Source: Camelus ferus
Lineage: Eukaryota
Direction of reading: 5' to 3'
Length of the DNA stretch: 64,000 nucleotides
Assembly (NCBI RefSeq): GCF_009834535.1
Contig: NC_045697.1
Coordinates: forward strand, 91,514,001-91,578,000
The position numbers and the translations under genes were made by a program. The notes under the pieces are model-generated. The model had not been told where the DNA came from. It saw nothing but the letters and a program-made list of their open reading frames with translations, and did not search any database. This document shows, in pieces, positions 38,551 through 52,431 of the stretch; the first letter of the stretch is position 1; the number at the start of each line of letters is the position of its first letter.

Positions 38551-40688
38551 CTAAATTCTGTGAATTTAGTAATCTCCAGAAGCTAAGTACGTGGGTCTTT
38601 GGAGAAGGGACACAGTTGTTGTTTAAATAGTTAACTGTGTGCTAATTAGGCATGCAGTACTCCAAAGGTCCTGCAAATTCAGCAGTTATTTCTTTAGAGA
38701 AAATCGCGTCCTCAAAAAAGAAGAAAAGACCAAAGTTACATTTTTTGCAAGAAAAAAAATTAGGTAAAACTTTACATTGCAGCTGGATTATAATTCCCAT
38801 TTTTAAAAATTGATTTTGTCTAGATTTTAAACCTCATCATTTTCTTTAAACAGTTAACATTAGGGGAAATTTCAGTGCTAGCAATAATAACTAACTTGAA
38901 GCCAGCCACCAGTTTTAGTGCTTTTTTAATCGAATATGTTTTTATGGATTGAGGTAAAGTTCCTGAACAGACATGTCATAGATGTAGCTTGATTTAGCTT
39001 CCTCTTTAACAGTTTAAGAAGTTTTTGTTGTCTTGTACTCATAATGTTATATAAAGAAAGTAATGTTAGCAGAATGTGTTGTTTTAAAAATGAGCCCAGC
39101 TGTGTCCAATTAGGTATTTGCTGTTACAAGTTTTCTCTATACTCACTATTAAGAGAATGAGATGGTCCCTTCCTCTAAAGACTCATTGTTAAATACGGAG
39201 GTATATCTAATAACCATAAAAAGCTTACTTTAACTCTGAGGTAGTGAAGATTGAACTTGATCTGATTTTTAGTGGCCATGAAATTAACACAAAACTTCTT
39301 AGAAAGAGAAATTGATGAGTGCAAGCTCCAACTCTTTTTTGAAGGTCAGTGTATGACTTCTTCATGAACAATCTTTTTGATTCTCCAAGGACTTGTTTGT
39401 AACTTCCCTTACATTTGAACCTTGTATGTTGTTCATAGTGTGATTTAACTTGGCACCAAACAAGTAGTTATAAACTTAACTTTATATTTACGCTACAAGT
39501 TGATAAGATATTAGTGTGGGTAAAAACAAACAGTGCTTTCTGGATGTAAATAATGAGGTGGTCTTTGCACTGCATAAATTAAGCATCTGAAATTTGAATT
39601 ATTTGGCCTATGTGATTAAGGTCAATACAAACTATAGTTCTGGGGTTCTGAGGTGTGGTGTGTTTTGGTTTTGGTTTTGTTTTTTATTGTTGTTACAAGA
39701 TTTTTACTGGTTGAATTTTAATGAAGTACTTTCAAGGTAATTTTCATCTTTAAGAAACAAAATTGCTATGATTCCACCTGTCTTTAAAGTATCCCCTCTG
39801 GTGTTTTTCCTGTTTAAAGCTCCCTTTGTGTTCTCTACCGACTTACCCCATGCTAGGTGCTTTCTTGTTACTTTCTTTGTGCTTGTACATGCAGTCTCTA
39901 TCATATTGTTTTGTAGTTTGACTTCAGGCTACATCATACTACCTGGAAAACAATGAGCACTCAATAAGTAGCTGATGAAGGAATTAATTTGAAGAATTCC
40001 GTGAATGTGCATGGAAAGTAACTATTACTGTAATTGAGTACAGGGAATGAAAAGGAGAGAAAAGTACTTAGTATGTGTTTAAACATTCTCTAGTCACTAA
40101 TTTATGTTTTTATATTAGATATATTTCTGCAGTAAGGAAACCCCTTGAAAATTAATAGATTTCACTAATATTAATTTATGCAATAAATTGACATTGAGCA
40201 CCAAATACTATAGGGAAAGCATTATGAAGAATACAAAGTTGGAAATTTAAGCTAGGATCTAAACTTTATTTAACATTGACTGATATTATTAGGTGCCACG
40301 AAAAGTGATTTTTAAAAATTCCTTAATAAGTATGTTTATTTGACCAACCAAGAGAAGGATGGCCTGGAAATTAAATTTCCCTTTTTAAGCTTGTCTTTTT
40401 TTATTATTATAATTATTGTAGTAGAAGACATATAACATGAAGTCTACTCTGAATTTTTAAAGTATGGAACACAATATTGTTAACTATATGCACATTGTTA
40501 TACAAAAGATCTCTAGAACTGTTTCATCTTGCATGACTGAAACACTATACCTACTGAACAACTCCCCATTTCCGTCTCCAACCAAAAGTGATTTTTATAA
40601 AACAAAAATAATTGCTTTGTTAAAACAAACACAAAAGCTGTTCCCCCCCCCCAAAAGTTTTTGGAAGTATGTTACAAGCAGAATATTT

Positions 40689-40741
40689 TTAGGCTGAACC
40701 ATATGAAATTGTTGACCAAAGTTTCAAATGGTTTAGCTTAA
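40689..40741. mobile_element. MADE2-like mariner MITE (imperfect hairpin)
   Basis: ttaggctgaaccatatgaaa ... tttcaaatggtttagcttaa inverted arms. Confidence 0.7.
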
Positions 40742-41344
40742 TACTTCAACTGAAAATATTTGAATAATGGCAAGACACCAATGTAATATCTACTTTTGCA
40801 AGTTGGGAGAAAATCGTAGTGTCTACCTAAACATGTAGAATATGCACACTCTTCTCACAGTAGCTAGTAAGTTCAGGTGCAGTGACTCCTTGCTGAATTA
40901 AACCCTTAGATCCTATTAGAAGTTTGGTAACTCTGAACAACTAAAATACAGAATGATTATATTATTTGGAAATATTGTAATTCTGTAAATTATTACCTTT
41001 TCTTGAAAAGTCTAAAACTTTATACATGATTATTTTATGAATTTAGTTCTAATCCTATATGGAAACAGTAAGGTCAAACTGTCTTGGGTGAAAGAGACCC
41101 TAAATGAAGGAAAACAGGCTGATAAATTCTTAAACTGCTAGGATAGTTAAGACTGAGCCAACCAGAACCATATCTCTAGAGCACTTAACCATATTTTCTC
41201 ATCTCAAGGGTCAGACGATCCTGTCTCGCAGTCTAATTTTCTATAAGAAAACCACTTAAGAAACATGTAATTTTAATGATTTGAACAGAAAAATATCTTC
41301 TTTAGGCAAACCTATATACTTTGATAATAATAGAAAATCTTTTT

Positions 41345-41550
41345 TTTAGTACTTACTATGCACCAGGCATATATGTGTATATACATACATACTCACTTAT
41401 ACCTCATAAAACCTTGCAAGGTAGGTGCTATTTTAAAATCCTTTTTACAATAACTTGCTGATGATCACATTTGGGAAGTGCCTAAACTGGGATTTTGAAC
41501 CCAGGCTATCTGATCCCAATGTTAGAATGTTAACCACTATGTTCATGCCT
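41345..41550 (-). mobile_element. MIR SINE
   Basis: acttactatgcaccaggca...ggattttgaacccaggctatctga. Confidence 0.7.
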
Positions 41551-41739
41551 CCTAGTACTGTAATATAATTTACAGTTTTTGCTTATATAGCCGGTTAGCC
41601 TTTAGTTGCATTAAGTGAATTATTGCCGTACATATTCTATTGTTATCTTAATGATTTACAGCTGATTTTTAAATTGTTGCACCATTTGAAATACTGCCGG
41701 GTTACCCTTCTTTCTCCTTCTAGAAAACCGCTCAAACTT

Positions 41740-42120
41740 CTGTGAAGGATGGAAAGTCTTCCGAGGGTCACCGGCAGCCCTTCCACAGGCGTCTTTGCGT
41801 CAACCCTGGAGCCCCTCCCCCGGACGCGCGGGCAGCGGGGCGGAGCCTGGGCGGGGCCTTCGGTAGGGACCTCGGCGAAGGGAGCGCACGAGTGTTGGAC
41901 TGAGGCAAGCTTCGGTCTGTGTTGTCTTCTTGTTTGCGCTTTCTTCACTCGGTAATTCCTCTCACCTTCTCCCAGCTTTGTTGGCTTTTTTTCTGTGGCA
42001 ACTTATTTTTCAGCTGCAACTTGTGCCGGCTCAGTTTACTCCCACTTTCGGCCTGACTTCCTCATTTCTCCGTTTCTCTCTTAACTGGGCGGGGGGCGGT
42101 GGGGGGGGGGGGAGAAGGCT
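41740..42120 (+). promoter_or_regulatory. C4orf33: Second small CpG island with GC boxes; candidate proximal C4orf33 promoter and non-coding exon ending at donor TCG|GTAATT (41952)
   Basis: CpG cluster, GGGGCGGAG and GGGCGGGG boxes, donor-like site, 5 kb upstream of the first coding exon. Confidence 0.6.
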
Positions 42121-42659
42121 TCAAACTGAAGAGATAGTTATTGTGGAAAACTTAAAAAAAAAAAATTCATGAAAAGAATTTGGAAATTGGAAAGAATTTG
42201 GAAATTCTCCTCACAGACTGTTCTGTTGAGAAAGCACCTTTTCCACAACTTCCTTCTTTACCTTTAACTTCTTTAGCTTTGTGGAATTTTTTTTCCTCTC
42301 CTTTCTCTTCCTTGATTTGCTTTTAAAGGTCTGTCCATAGTACATGTAAAGCATGAAAATAATTTAAAAATTATTTTTCACTTTTTTTGATGAAAGCATA
42401 ATTTGAATAGAGGTTAAAATGTGGAAAAATACAGATTAACAATAAACATTCTTTTTAAGGACGTCTAAAAGGCCAACATTAAAATTGTATAAAAATAGGA
42501 GGGTCATCACCTTGAATGAATATATTCCTTCAGTAATATGCCTGCTGTTCATTCAGACTTTTTAGAAATGTTCAGCATACATAATGTAAGAGAGAGAAAA
42601 GGAAGCCACCATACTCTGAGAAACTCAGCCGTAAATTGGACTTTAAAAAATATTTTAAA

Positions 42660-43900
42660 TTATTCATTTATTTTTTAATAGTAATGCGTGCCTATCGTAG
42701 TATAAAATTCAAGTAGGTTAAGAAAAAAGTGAGACACTTGAAAGTAAATTTTGCTTCCTCTCCTGTCTCAGATAATTCTCTCCAAAGAGGCAATCGCTGC
42801 TACACTGGTTCCTTGTATATGCTTCTTGAGATAGTATATGCATTCAAAAGCATGTATACAAATAGCCTTCCTTTCTATTAAATAAATGCACACTTTTTGC
42901 ACCTTGTTTTTTTTCCTTAATGCGTTTTAGATGTGTATGTAGAGTTGCCTCACTCTTTTTAACAGCTATGTGGTGTTTTACTGTATGATACAGCATAATT
43001 TATTTACCAGTCCTCTACTGATGGGTTTTGGTGGGGGTAGATTATTAGGTTTATTTATTTATTTATTTTAATGGAGGTAGTTTTTTAATGGAGGATTGAA
43101 CCCAGGACCTTGTGCATGCTAAGCATGCTCTACCACTGAGCTCTGCCCTCTCCCCCTTGCTACTGATGGTTTTTAAGTTGCTTACAATGTTTCGTTATTC
43201 TAAACAGTGTTACAGTAAATATCTTTATACTTGTATCATTTTGAATATCTGCAGGTATAACTCCTAGAACTAGACTTGTTGAGTCAAAGGTTATTTGCGT
43301 TTTTTATTTTGATAGATATTCAGGGGTTGCTCTTGACAGAGACTGTGATAGTTATGCCCCAACAGCAGTATGTGATTGTTTCTGTGTCCTCATTATCACA
43401 GCATCTTACCAAACTTTCTATTCCTTTACAATCTTAGTGAAAGATAATAATTTATTGTTGTTTTAGTTTGCATTTCTATCATTATAAATGAGGCCTGCCT
43501 TTTGGTGAACTGGCTGTTAATATCTTTATCCACTTTTCTGTTGGGGTAATCTTTTCCTTAGTGATTTCTAGGAAACCTTTAAACATTAAAGAAATTAGTT
43601 ATATGTTGGAACTGTGAGTTACAGGTGTTTTTTTTTCCCAGACTATCTTTGATTTCATAATGGTGGGGTTTTTTGGTGGAGGAAGTCAGATTTTGCTTTT
43701 ATTTTTAAAATTTCTGTATAGCTAAATGTATCAGTCTCTAATGGCTTCTGGGTTTGGGGTTATATTTTAAAAAGGATTTTTCTACTATAAGATCATCTTT
43801 TAAAAACAGCCTCCCTTCTTTTTTCTTTCTTGTTCTTATAAGGTGTGATTTTTATGTTTAGATTTTTGATTGGTTTGAAACTTAGTTTGGTATAGGGATC
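42660..43900 (-). mobile_element. Old L1M 3' region, host of a SINE insertion
   Basis: gttttagtttgcatttct, tttggtgaactggctgtt reverse-L1 motifs. Confidence 0.65.
43030..43159 (-). mobile_element. tRNA-derived SINE (Vic-1-like)
   Basis: Reverse AGCTCAGTGGTAGAGCATGCTTAGCATGCACAAGGTCCTGGGTTCAATCC; TSD CTACTGATGG at 43015-43024 and 43160-43169. Confidence 0.88.
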
Positions 43901-46119
43901 CAACTTTATTAAATCAGGCTGCAAAATGAACCAAACGATAATGCATCAACATGAGACCTGTTGATTACTTACATGAAAATGATCCCCAGTCCCCACAGAC
44001 TTTCTCATACTTTATTTCTCCAGCACCTTGTATGGTGCCTGCAACAAAATGAGTAGAAAACTAATTTGGAAGGAACTTTCTAGATGTATCATCTTAGGTA
44101 TTTGCCATTGTTTTGATGGTGTTGAAGGAGGTAATATCACTAACACAGTTGATTTCTCCTGCATAAAATCTCAGAATCATGAAATTTTGGATCCAGAGAC
44201 TAGAACAGTTTTTCACTCAACAAATAAATACTTTGTTATTCCTATTACTTACAGGCATTCTAGCTGGGAATGGGGAGACAATAAACAACATGACATGCAG
44301 TATAAGTGTTGTGAATCAAAACAGAGCAGTGTATGGGCAATATAGAGTGATAGGGATTGGAATGCTGCACGGATGCACACTAGCCCAGGTCGTGAAGGAT
44401 GCTGGTGGTTGAATTGTCTGTACTTCGTAAGAGCACATGTGCGAACAATGAAAATTGAAAGGTGATGCAGGTTAAACCTATACAATCCTAATCCAAGGGT
44501 CCCCAGGGAGTTGAAAGGTGAATCAGTTGTCTCTGGGTCCATGTTATCTTTAGATTAGATCATAAACTAGTGGGCAGGACTATAATTTTTAGGTTGATTT
44601 TTTAAAATAAATATTATGCACATTTAGATTAGCATGAATATTCTTTAAGCAAATGAACAAATTTGTTGTGATAAGAATCTAAAGTCATTTTGTACAGTTA
44701 AAGCCAAAATTATATCCTACACTTGGACACATCAGCTGTGGCACTCCTTCCCACTAGTGGAAGTCTAGTCAATATTTCTTGCAATAATTTCCAAACAACG
44801 CTTAGAGGAAAAGGCAGAAGTAACCAGTAGAAACCACTACCTTATACTGTCAACAAGGGTAGCTCTGCTTTTATCGTTTATTTCTTCTTATCTTCCAGTT
44901 AGGATTGCATTTTGAAGTAATTTGAAACCTCACTCTGGCCGTGAGACCTATTATATGTGCATGAAAGTGACAGACCATGTTTAGGACCACATCACTGAAT
45001 ATGATGTAATTCCATTTAGGCGTAGAGATGATTGCCTAAGAGAGCTGGGAGTTGAAAATTCCCTGGTAGAAACCTGCTGAGTAGGATAAGGATCCTTTTA
45101 ACGTGTGCAGCATTTTCTGTGGATATGTTGGTTATCTGGAGAATGAATGTCTCTACCAAAACTCCCTAGTTGCTGAGCTATGTTTTGCCAGGACTGTCAA
45201 GAATTCTTAAGCCCTAAGTTAGGAGAGTAGCATATTCTGTCAGCATATTGGTGTCAGAATCAGATTAAATCATCATTTCTAATAACTTAATTTATTCTTA
45301 TTTCTTCCTATATGCTGCAAGAGGGTACTTACTTACTAGTACCAGAATTTGGGGTAGAAGGTAATATATTTATTTTTGAAGAATGTACCTTGATATTTCA
45401 ACTAAAGAAAATAAGTTTTTTACTAAGGTATTCTATTCCATGCAAATCCGGACTTAATTTCACATAAATCAGAATCTCTATACAGTCTTATTGTTCATTG
45501 AGCTTATTTCAATGATGAAGAATATAAATTGCTTAACCTATCCTCTTTTAATATGCTTTTATTTGCAGATGGGTTGTAATACCAGAACTATTTTTTAATT
45601 TTAGAGGTTATCTATTAAAATTTGTTAGCACATAGTGAAAATTGAAAAAAGTTACATACTTTAGAAAAAGGTTTTCAGAGATCTTGGATTCTTTATGTGA
45701 CCCAGAGCTTGTATATTTGGTTCTCCAAGTGCTTGACACATTGTAAAGTACTCAAAATATACTCACTGAAATAAATGTATTTAAGTATATTTATATGAAA
45801 CCATCACACTGTTCACCTTAAATATATAAATTTGTCAATTATACCTCAGTAAATCTAAAAATAATTTTTAAAGAGAGAAATTTCTTCAAAATGTAGAACT
45901 TGGTTACTTGCAGTAAAAATAACAAATGAAGCAAGGAAATGCATCCAGAGACTTCAGATAAGAAAAATTACAGCCTGGAAATATCATCATTTACTAATCA
46001 AGGTTATCTTTTGGACAAGACATAAGGACCTAGTATAATTTGGGGGGATCCACCTCTCCTGAAATAAGGTTTTCATCTCTTTGCAGATTCCTGAAATGTC
46101 TTCGTCTAGGAAGGCATGG

Positions 46120-46290
46120 CTGACATTGATTCGATTTCTTGATTTACTAGCCATCTGACCTTGGACAAGTCTGTTTCTTCATTTGTAATGAAGATAATTA
46201 TACTTCCTCTACAAGTTTTTGTGAAATTAAATGAGATGATGTTTATAAAACACCTGATCCATAGTGTTCAGCAAAACATAATTTTATTAA
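46120..46290 (+). mobile_element. MIR SINE
   Basis: tgaccttggacaagt...tttcttcatttgtaatgaagataat...gtgaaattaaatgagatga. Confidence 0.7.
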
Positions 46291-47055
46291 TATAATACTA
46301 TGTCCTCCCCTTTAATCCTTAGAGAAATAATTAAAATGCAAATACTGTTTGTGTCAAATGAACTTAGTCTATTTCATAGTTTAAATGATAGCAGATTTTT
46401 CCCCATGTTTCAGTGGAGAGAAGGAAGTAACAAAGCAAATGGTCATTTAGCACTTGAAATAACATAAATTGAAAAGGCTAAGAAAATCTATACCCCGAGA
46501 TCAAGAAAGACAATATTAAACTCTGCTTACCTTCAAATGATTGAAGTCCCCTTCCACTCCTAGCTTAAGAAGAGAAGAGTTTAAGCCGAAAGAACAAGTG
46601 TTAACTGCAATGCTTGTACTCATTTATTGAGATTTTTAAAAATCAAATTGAATTTTATTGTAAAGATATTGACTCCCATGAGATCCAGTAATTCATCTGC
46701 ATGACAAAGCATGACATATAAACTCATAGTGCTTATAGTTAAGTACATGAACAACTTGCAGTAGATTTAATTACAGTTCTTAAAAATGATTTTGATATAG
46801 TCTTTACAAGGTAACATGAGCTAGATCTAGACTTAAAGCTTTTAGGATACAACCACCTATTTTGTAATTGAATTCCATGTCTGTGATTTGCCATAGCACA
46901 AATGATCTTTTGACTCTCAGAACTGTGTTCTTTTCACTCTGCTGCCTTCCTACCTGCTATGTGGCTTTGAACTTTTCATTTTATTTCATCTAAAGGAAAC
47001 ATTTGTAAATTGTTAAAGAGTTTGTTTTCATTCTTTTTCCCTTTAGAGTCTTCGG

Positions 47056-47236
47056 ATGGATTTTAAAATTGAACACACTTGGGATGAGTTTCCAGTGAAG
47101 CATGAGCCAGTGTTTGTCAGGGTGAATCCGGGTGATGGAGGAGTGATGATGGAAATTAGTGCTCCATTTTTCAATGATCCTCCAGCCCCACTAGGAGAAC
47201 CAGGAAAGCCTTTCAATGAACTGTGGGATTATGAAG
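47056..47236 (+). CDS. C4orf33: C4orf33 (UPF0462) coding exon 1: [60 protein letters not shown]
   Basis: Matches recalled human C4orf33 N-terminus; polypyrimidine acceptor AG at 47045-46; donor GTAAGT at 47237. Confidence 0.95.
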
Positions 47237-49632
47237 GTAAGTGGAAGTACTGCATTTTATTGCAAACATAAATCTTTTTATAATAACCTCTCATACAACT
47301 ATTATTTTATCTTGCTATAAGGAAGTGAGTGCTTCTGAGCAACTGACATGTGCAGTTTCTGATAATTTCCTACCAATCTCTCATTCTGACTTTTTCACAA
47401 TTACCTATGTGACTTCAACTATATAACAAGAACAGTGAAAAATGGCAATTACAAATCCAGATTTTTAAATTGCTGCTATAATTCCTTCCTTTACTTCTGT
47501 TACCTATTGTAAGAAGAGTTCAGCATTCCTGCTTTGTTTTAAAGTGTCTTCAAATTGCTGCTTTAACCTTATAAACCTTCTTTATGGAAGTTTTGGGGTG
47601 TTTTACTTATTATAGAGACCCATCAACTTCAACATGAAATGTAGTTTTTATTTTGTACTTACCTAGTGCTCTCACATATCAAGTGAAGACTAAAAGACAT
47701 GTCATGAAATTACAGTTTCAGGTTTGCTATATGATCACCTTATAATGTATCCTAATTAAGCTACCAGGCTTATCTTTCTGAAATACTCTTTATGATGCCA
47801 TTCCCTAAATTACAAATCATTACTATCCCTAAGATGAAGTTCAAACCATTCCCATAAGCTTTCAAGGTACTCATGAATTGAGCTATCATATTCAATCAAA
47901 AGTTCTTGACCTCTGAAAGGCTGAAAGTCTCACTGTTCATGCATGTTCTCACTCATATCCCTTTCCTCATTCTAGTCCCCCTGCCTCTACTGCACATAGT
48001 TCAAGGTCTAATTCAGGTTTCATTTCTTCAGAGAAACCTTTGATGACTCTTCTAGTCCATACTAACATCTGCTTTCTCTATACCATCTGTATAGCATGCA
48101 TTTTGTCAGTGTTCATTTATCATACATTAAATGAAGGTTGTCTTTTATTGATATAGAACTTGTATATACCAGCTTCCTGTTGGTGTACACACCAATGTGA
48201 CTTACCTACTGGAGGTACTACAGACAACAAACTCAGCAAGTCGTAAACTCAGCTCGTCCACTTCTCTCATAAACCTGCTTCTTTCCCTAATTGCCCAGTT
48301 TCAATCAATGACACCGTAATACATCAAATCACCAAATATAGAAATGTGAGGTCTTTCCAAGTTATCTTCTCTCTCACTCTCCATATTTGGGTTTATTTAT
48401 TAAATCTTGCCAGTTTCACCTCCTGATTGTTTTTCTAATTCAGTATCTCTTCTTCATCCTACCATCCTTTCCACAGGAAAAGACTTAAAAAGGGGCAATA
48501 AGACTCTCTGAATTGTTGATGGGACTATATCTGTATCTTAGATATTTTATTGTTATAAAAATAACACATGGAAAACTAGAAACTACCTAAATGTCTATCA
48601 ATAAAGAATTTTGTGAATAAGTCATAGCATTCTACAGAAGAATACTATGCAGTAATTAAAAAGAGGTAGCTATATGCTGTAAAGCATGTGAGTGTGGGAA
48701 AAGCAAGTTGTAGACAGGAAATGATTATGTATTTTTTAATCTATGTAGGTAAAATAGATTGTGGATGGATAGAAGTCTGACAGAGTTTAGAGCAAAGTAG
48801 GAAGGAAAGGATTTTGACTTTTTACTTCATATATGTTCGTATTGTTTTAATAATTTATAAAAAGTATGTTTTACTTTCATAATAACACAGTTTTTAAAAT
48901 AAACTTGCTTGGAAAATTCCAGAAAATTATAAAGAAAAGAAAAATCACCTACTTGTATTCCACCTGTCAGAGACAACCAGTCATAACATTTTTGTGCACA
49001 TTTTGCAGCCATCTAGGCACGGGCTCACACAGACATTTTTATTTCATGTTCATTTGGTTATTGCTCTGCAGCCTACTTATCAGATACCATGAATGTCTTC
49101 CTATATCAAAAATATTTAACTCTATATTTCATTTTAATGACTGCATTATATTCTACTGCAGGGAATATACAAGTTCCATATGTATTTAACAACTCTCCTA
49201 TATAATAGGAGATTTATTTATATAACAGGAGATAAACATTTAGACCATTTCCTTTTGAGCAATAATTTGATAAGTTGCATCTTACTTACTACTTTTTTCA
49301 ATTGTCTGATTATTTCCTTAGGATAAATTCCCACAAGAATATAACTGGCTCAGAGTCTGTGTGATAATATTCATTTTTTTATAAACTCACCAGCACTAAG
49401 CTTTATTAATATTTTTATTTTCTAGAAATCTGATATGGAAAAAAATTGATGATTTATTTTCTATATATTTCTTCTTCCAGGTGATGTCTATTTATTTTCT
49501 TTTCCCCTTTTCCTATTGGTGATATAGCTTTAATTAAAAATGAGTTAATTTATTTTATATTCTAAAGATATAAACAAATTATTATGAAACAAAAGTGAAT
49601 TTCTTAACATGTCATATCTCTGTTTTCAAAAG

Positions 49633-49693
49633 TTGTGGAAGCATTTTTCTTGAACGACATAACTGAACAGTATTTAGAAGTTGAACTTTGTCC
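49633..49693 (+). CDS. C4orf33: C4orf33 coding exon 2 (61 nt): VVEAFFLNDITEQYLEVELCP
   Basis: AG/GTAAGT boundaries, frame continuity, peptide match. Confidence 0.95.
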
Positions 49694-52064
49694 GTAAGTA
49701 TAAAATATTTTTTCTAACTCATTACTATGTGTTTTGAACACATTATTTTCTAGTTATATATCATATGTTTATAGTAAAATCTCACTAATTCCAGCCAACT
49801 GTGGGGAATGCTAATCTGAATTAATCTGAATTATATGTAATTCCTTATTTTCAAGTAAATGTACAACTTAGAGTATGTAAATTTTTGGAAGTGTACTGAT
49901 ACTATTTTTAATTCACTAGTGTAGTTGATTTTCTAATAACTTTGAAGGATTCTTTTTGCAAAATGAAAAAAATTATTTCAAGACAGAAACTCTATAAAAA
50001 AAATCCCAGAATCCCTCTCATTATTTATTCTGTAACTTTGCATTATTAAATATTAGCTACTTAGAAACAAAGAGAGGCATATAGATATAACAATTGAACC
50101 AGTTTATGAAAATGTTTCTTTTAGGGGATTCGTTTAATGGCTAGATTAAACTTTAATTTTATATATTACATAATTACATATTCATGTATTCCTTCCTTTA
50201 TTCTTTATTCATTTATTGAGTATATACTGTATCACTTTTTGTTCAGTGCCAGGGATAAAAACTAAATCACATGTGGCTTTTCCTAGACTCAATAGAAATG
50301 TTAACCTTGGGCTGTCTCTGTTCAAATTTAATCAGTCTTTGAGAATTCTATCTGGTAGGCAATTTTTTTCTGTAGATGGCAAAAAGTAAATTTATGCCCA
50401 CCTATTATCTAAATTATAAGAAATTTTAAGTTAATACCTAGTAGTGATATATTTTTTATATTGCCATTATTTATTTTTTAATGACATTTGAATACTTCTC
50501 AGTATCTATTATCTAGTAACCTTTGTCCTTTTGTAGAGTGAGCAGAGTCCCAAACAACTGATTTAAATGAGATTTTAGATATCGTTTTCTTTTCCATTGT
50601 TTCGATTTCTTGCTAATGCTTTTGTGGAAAATACAGCTGTTCATAATTATATTTTTCAGAAGAGTAATTTTGTATCTTTGTGTGTTATCTTTCAACTAAC
50701 ATGCCAAAATCTTATTAAAAGTATGATTAATTCTTATAAACTATCATATGAGATAAGAAAATTTCACCATAGACATGAGAAAGCTAAGGCAAATAGGTTT
50801 ATAACTTGTCCAAAAGATAGATAAGAACTTGGATCTACTAGAATTATAAAGTTATATCCTTAGTTTAAATTTTGTTGGATGATAATATCAGTTGACTTTC
50901 ATAAAGTGATGACTTATCACAGGATACATAGGATAATTAGATTCTCTTTTGTTTAGAAATTATACGATAATCACTATGCATAAAATTAATAAAGTTAAAA
51001 GTTAAAAGAAATCCCTAGAGTTGTTTGGTTTTAGATAGATTAGGACAGTTAATAATCAGGAATCATGTTTGTGCTTTAGGCAGTCAACTCCTGTGACAAT
51101 TAACCTCTAGGAAAGCAATATGAAGAGTATTCTTATTTGAATTTGCAAGAAATTTTATTCCTCAGGATATTCTTAAAGTTGTGTCATAACGATAAAAATA
51201 AGCAGAGGACTTTTAAATGGAAAGGAATACTTGTCTTCTGTTAGACTAGTTTCTTGAAGGAAATCCTTCCTGAGAAGCTCCCAACAGACCATCTGTGTCA
51301 GAATGTTTAGATGCAGTCTTTTCCACAGACAGTAAATTTGCTTCATGTAACTATTTGAAATTCTTTGATTCTTACTGACCTGTCTAATCCCAATTATGTG
51401 CTCTTATTAGAGCTTTCTTTTGAGGGTGTATTGTGCTTCTCTTTGAAAGTGTGACATCAGTGTCAGAACTGATGGGAGAAAGCAGGAAAACACAAGAGGC
51501 AGACAGGTCCAGAACAGTTGTGTATGAGAATAGATACAAATTAAAGTCTTCAGCCTGCTGAGTAGTTTTAGACAATCTATATTTTTATTTTATATCTTCC
51601 TAATGATCTTCAAGACAGTTTTCTTACAGAATAACCTTTAGTAAAGTTGTTGGATTTCGACCTGGAAATTGGTGCCAGCTTCCTTTGGGATACTTTAAGT
51701 TTCAAAACAGGTTTATTATGAACTCCAGATACCGTGGTATACCTCTGCCCTCTTTTCATACTTTGCATCATCTAACCAATTGAAGTATTTTATATAATTT
51801 CTTATTTAAAGAATATGAAAAGCAGTCTGAACATGTATAGTTTTATGCATTTGACTGCAATTGCTTGAAAAGTGGTAAAATCAAAGATGCCATTTCTAAG
51901 TAACTGAACACACTGGCTCTCCCTATAATTATCCAGTATTTATATTGCATCTTTTAATTATTTGAAAATTTAGTTATAAGCACACACATCACAGATATGA
52001 TAAATAGTCCAAAAAATAATGTTTCTTTCTTTCAAACACTCATGAGGAATTTTAATTTTGACAG

Positions 52065-52116
52065 CCACGGACAGCATTTGGTGCTTTTACTCTCTGGTAG
52101 AAGAAATGTGTGGAAA
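52065..52116 (+). CDS. C4orf33: C4orf33 coding exon 3 (52 nt): HGQHLVLLLSGRRNVWK
   Basis: ttttgacAG acceptor, GTAAGT donor, peptide match. Confidence 0.95.
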
Positions 52117-52231
52117 GTAAGTAAATAAAAATATGAGACAAAATTCCATGTATCTTGTATATATGCATATTTTAAATGTTTAAAGTATAAATATGAATTT
52201 CCATTTTGTGTGTCACATGTTGTTTCTGTAG

Positions 52232-52431
52232 CAAGAACTTGATCTATCATTCAAAGTGTCCAGAGGAGAGACAAAATGGGAAGGTAAAGCTTATCTTCCT
52301 TGGTGTTATTTTCCACCAAATGTGACAAAATTCAATTCATTTGCAATTCATGGATCAAAAGACAAAAGAAACTATGAAGCTCTTTACCCTGTACCTCAGC
52401 ATGAACTGCAGCAAGGACAAAAACCTGATTT
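52232..52431 (+). CDS. C4orf33: C4orf33 coding exon 4 (200 nt): [66 protein letters not shown](F)
   Basis: tttctgtAG acceptor after a 115-nt intron, GTAAGT donor, peptide match. Confidence 0.95.

Noticed and set aside
41643..42172. ORFs of 68-101 aa at the second CpG island
   Set aside because: No recognisable similarity; GC-driven
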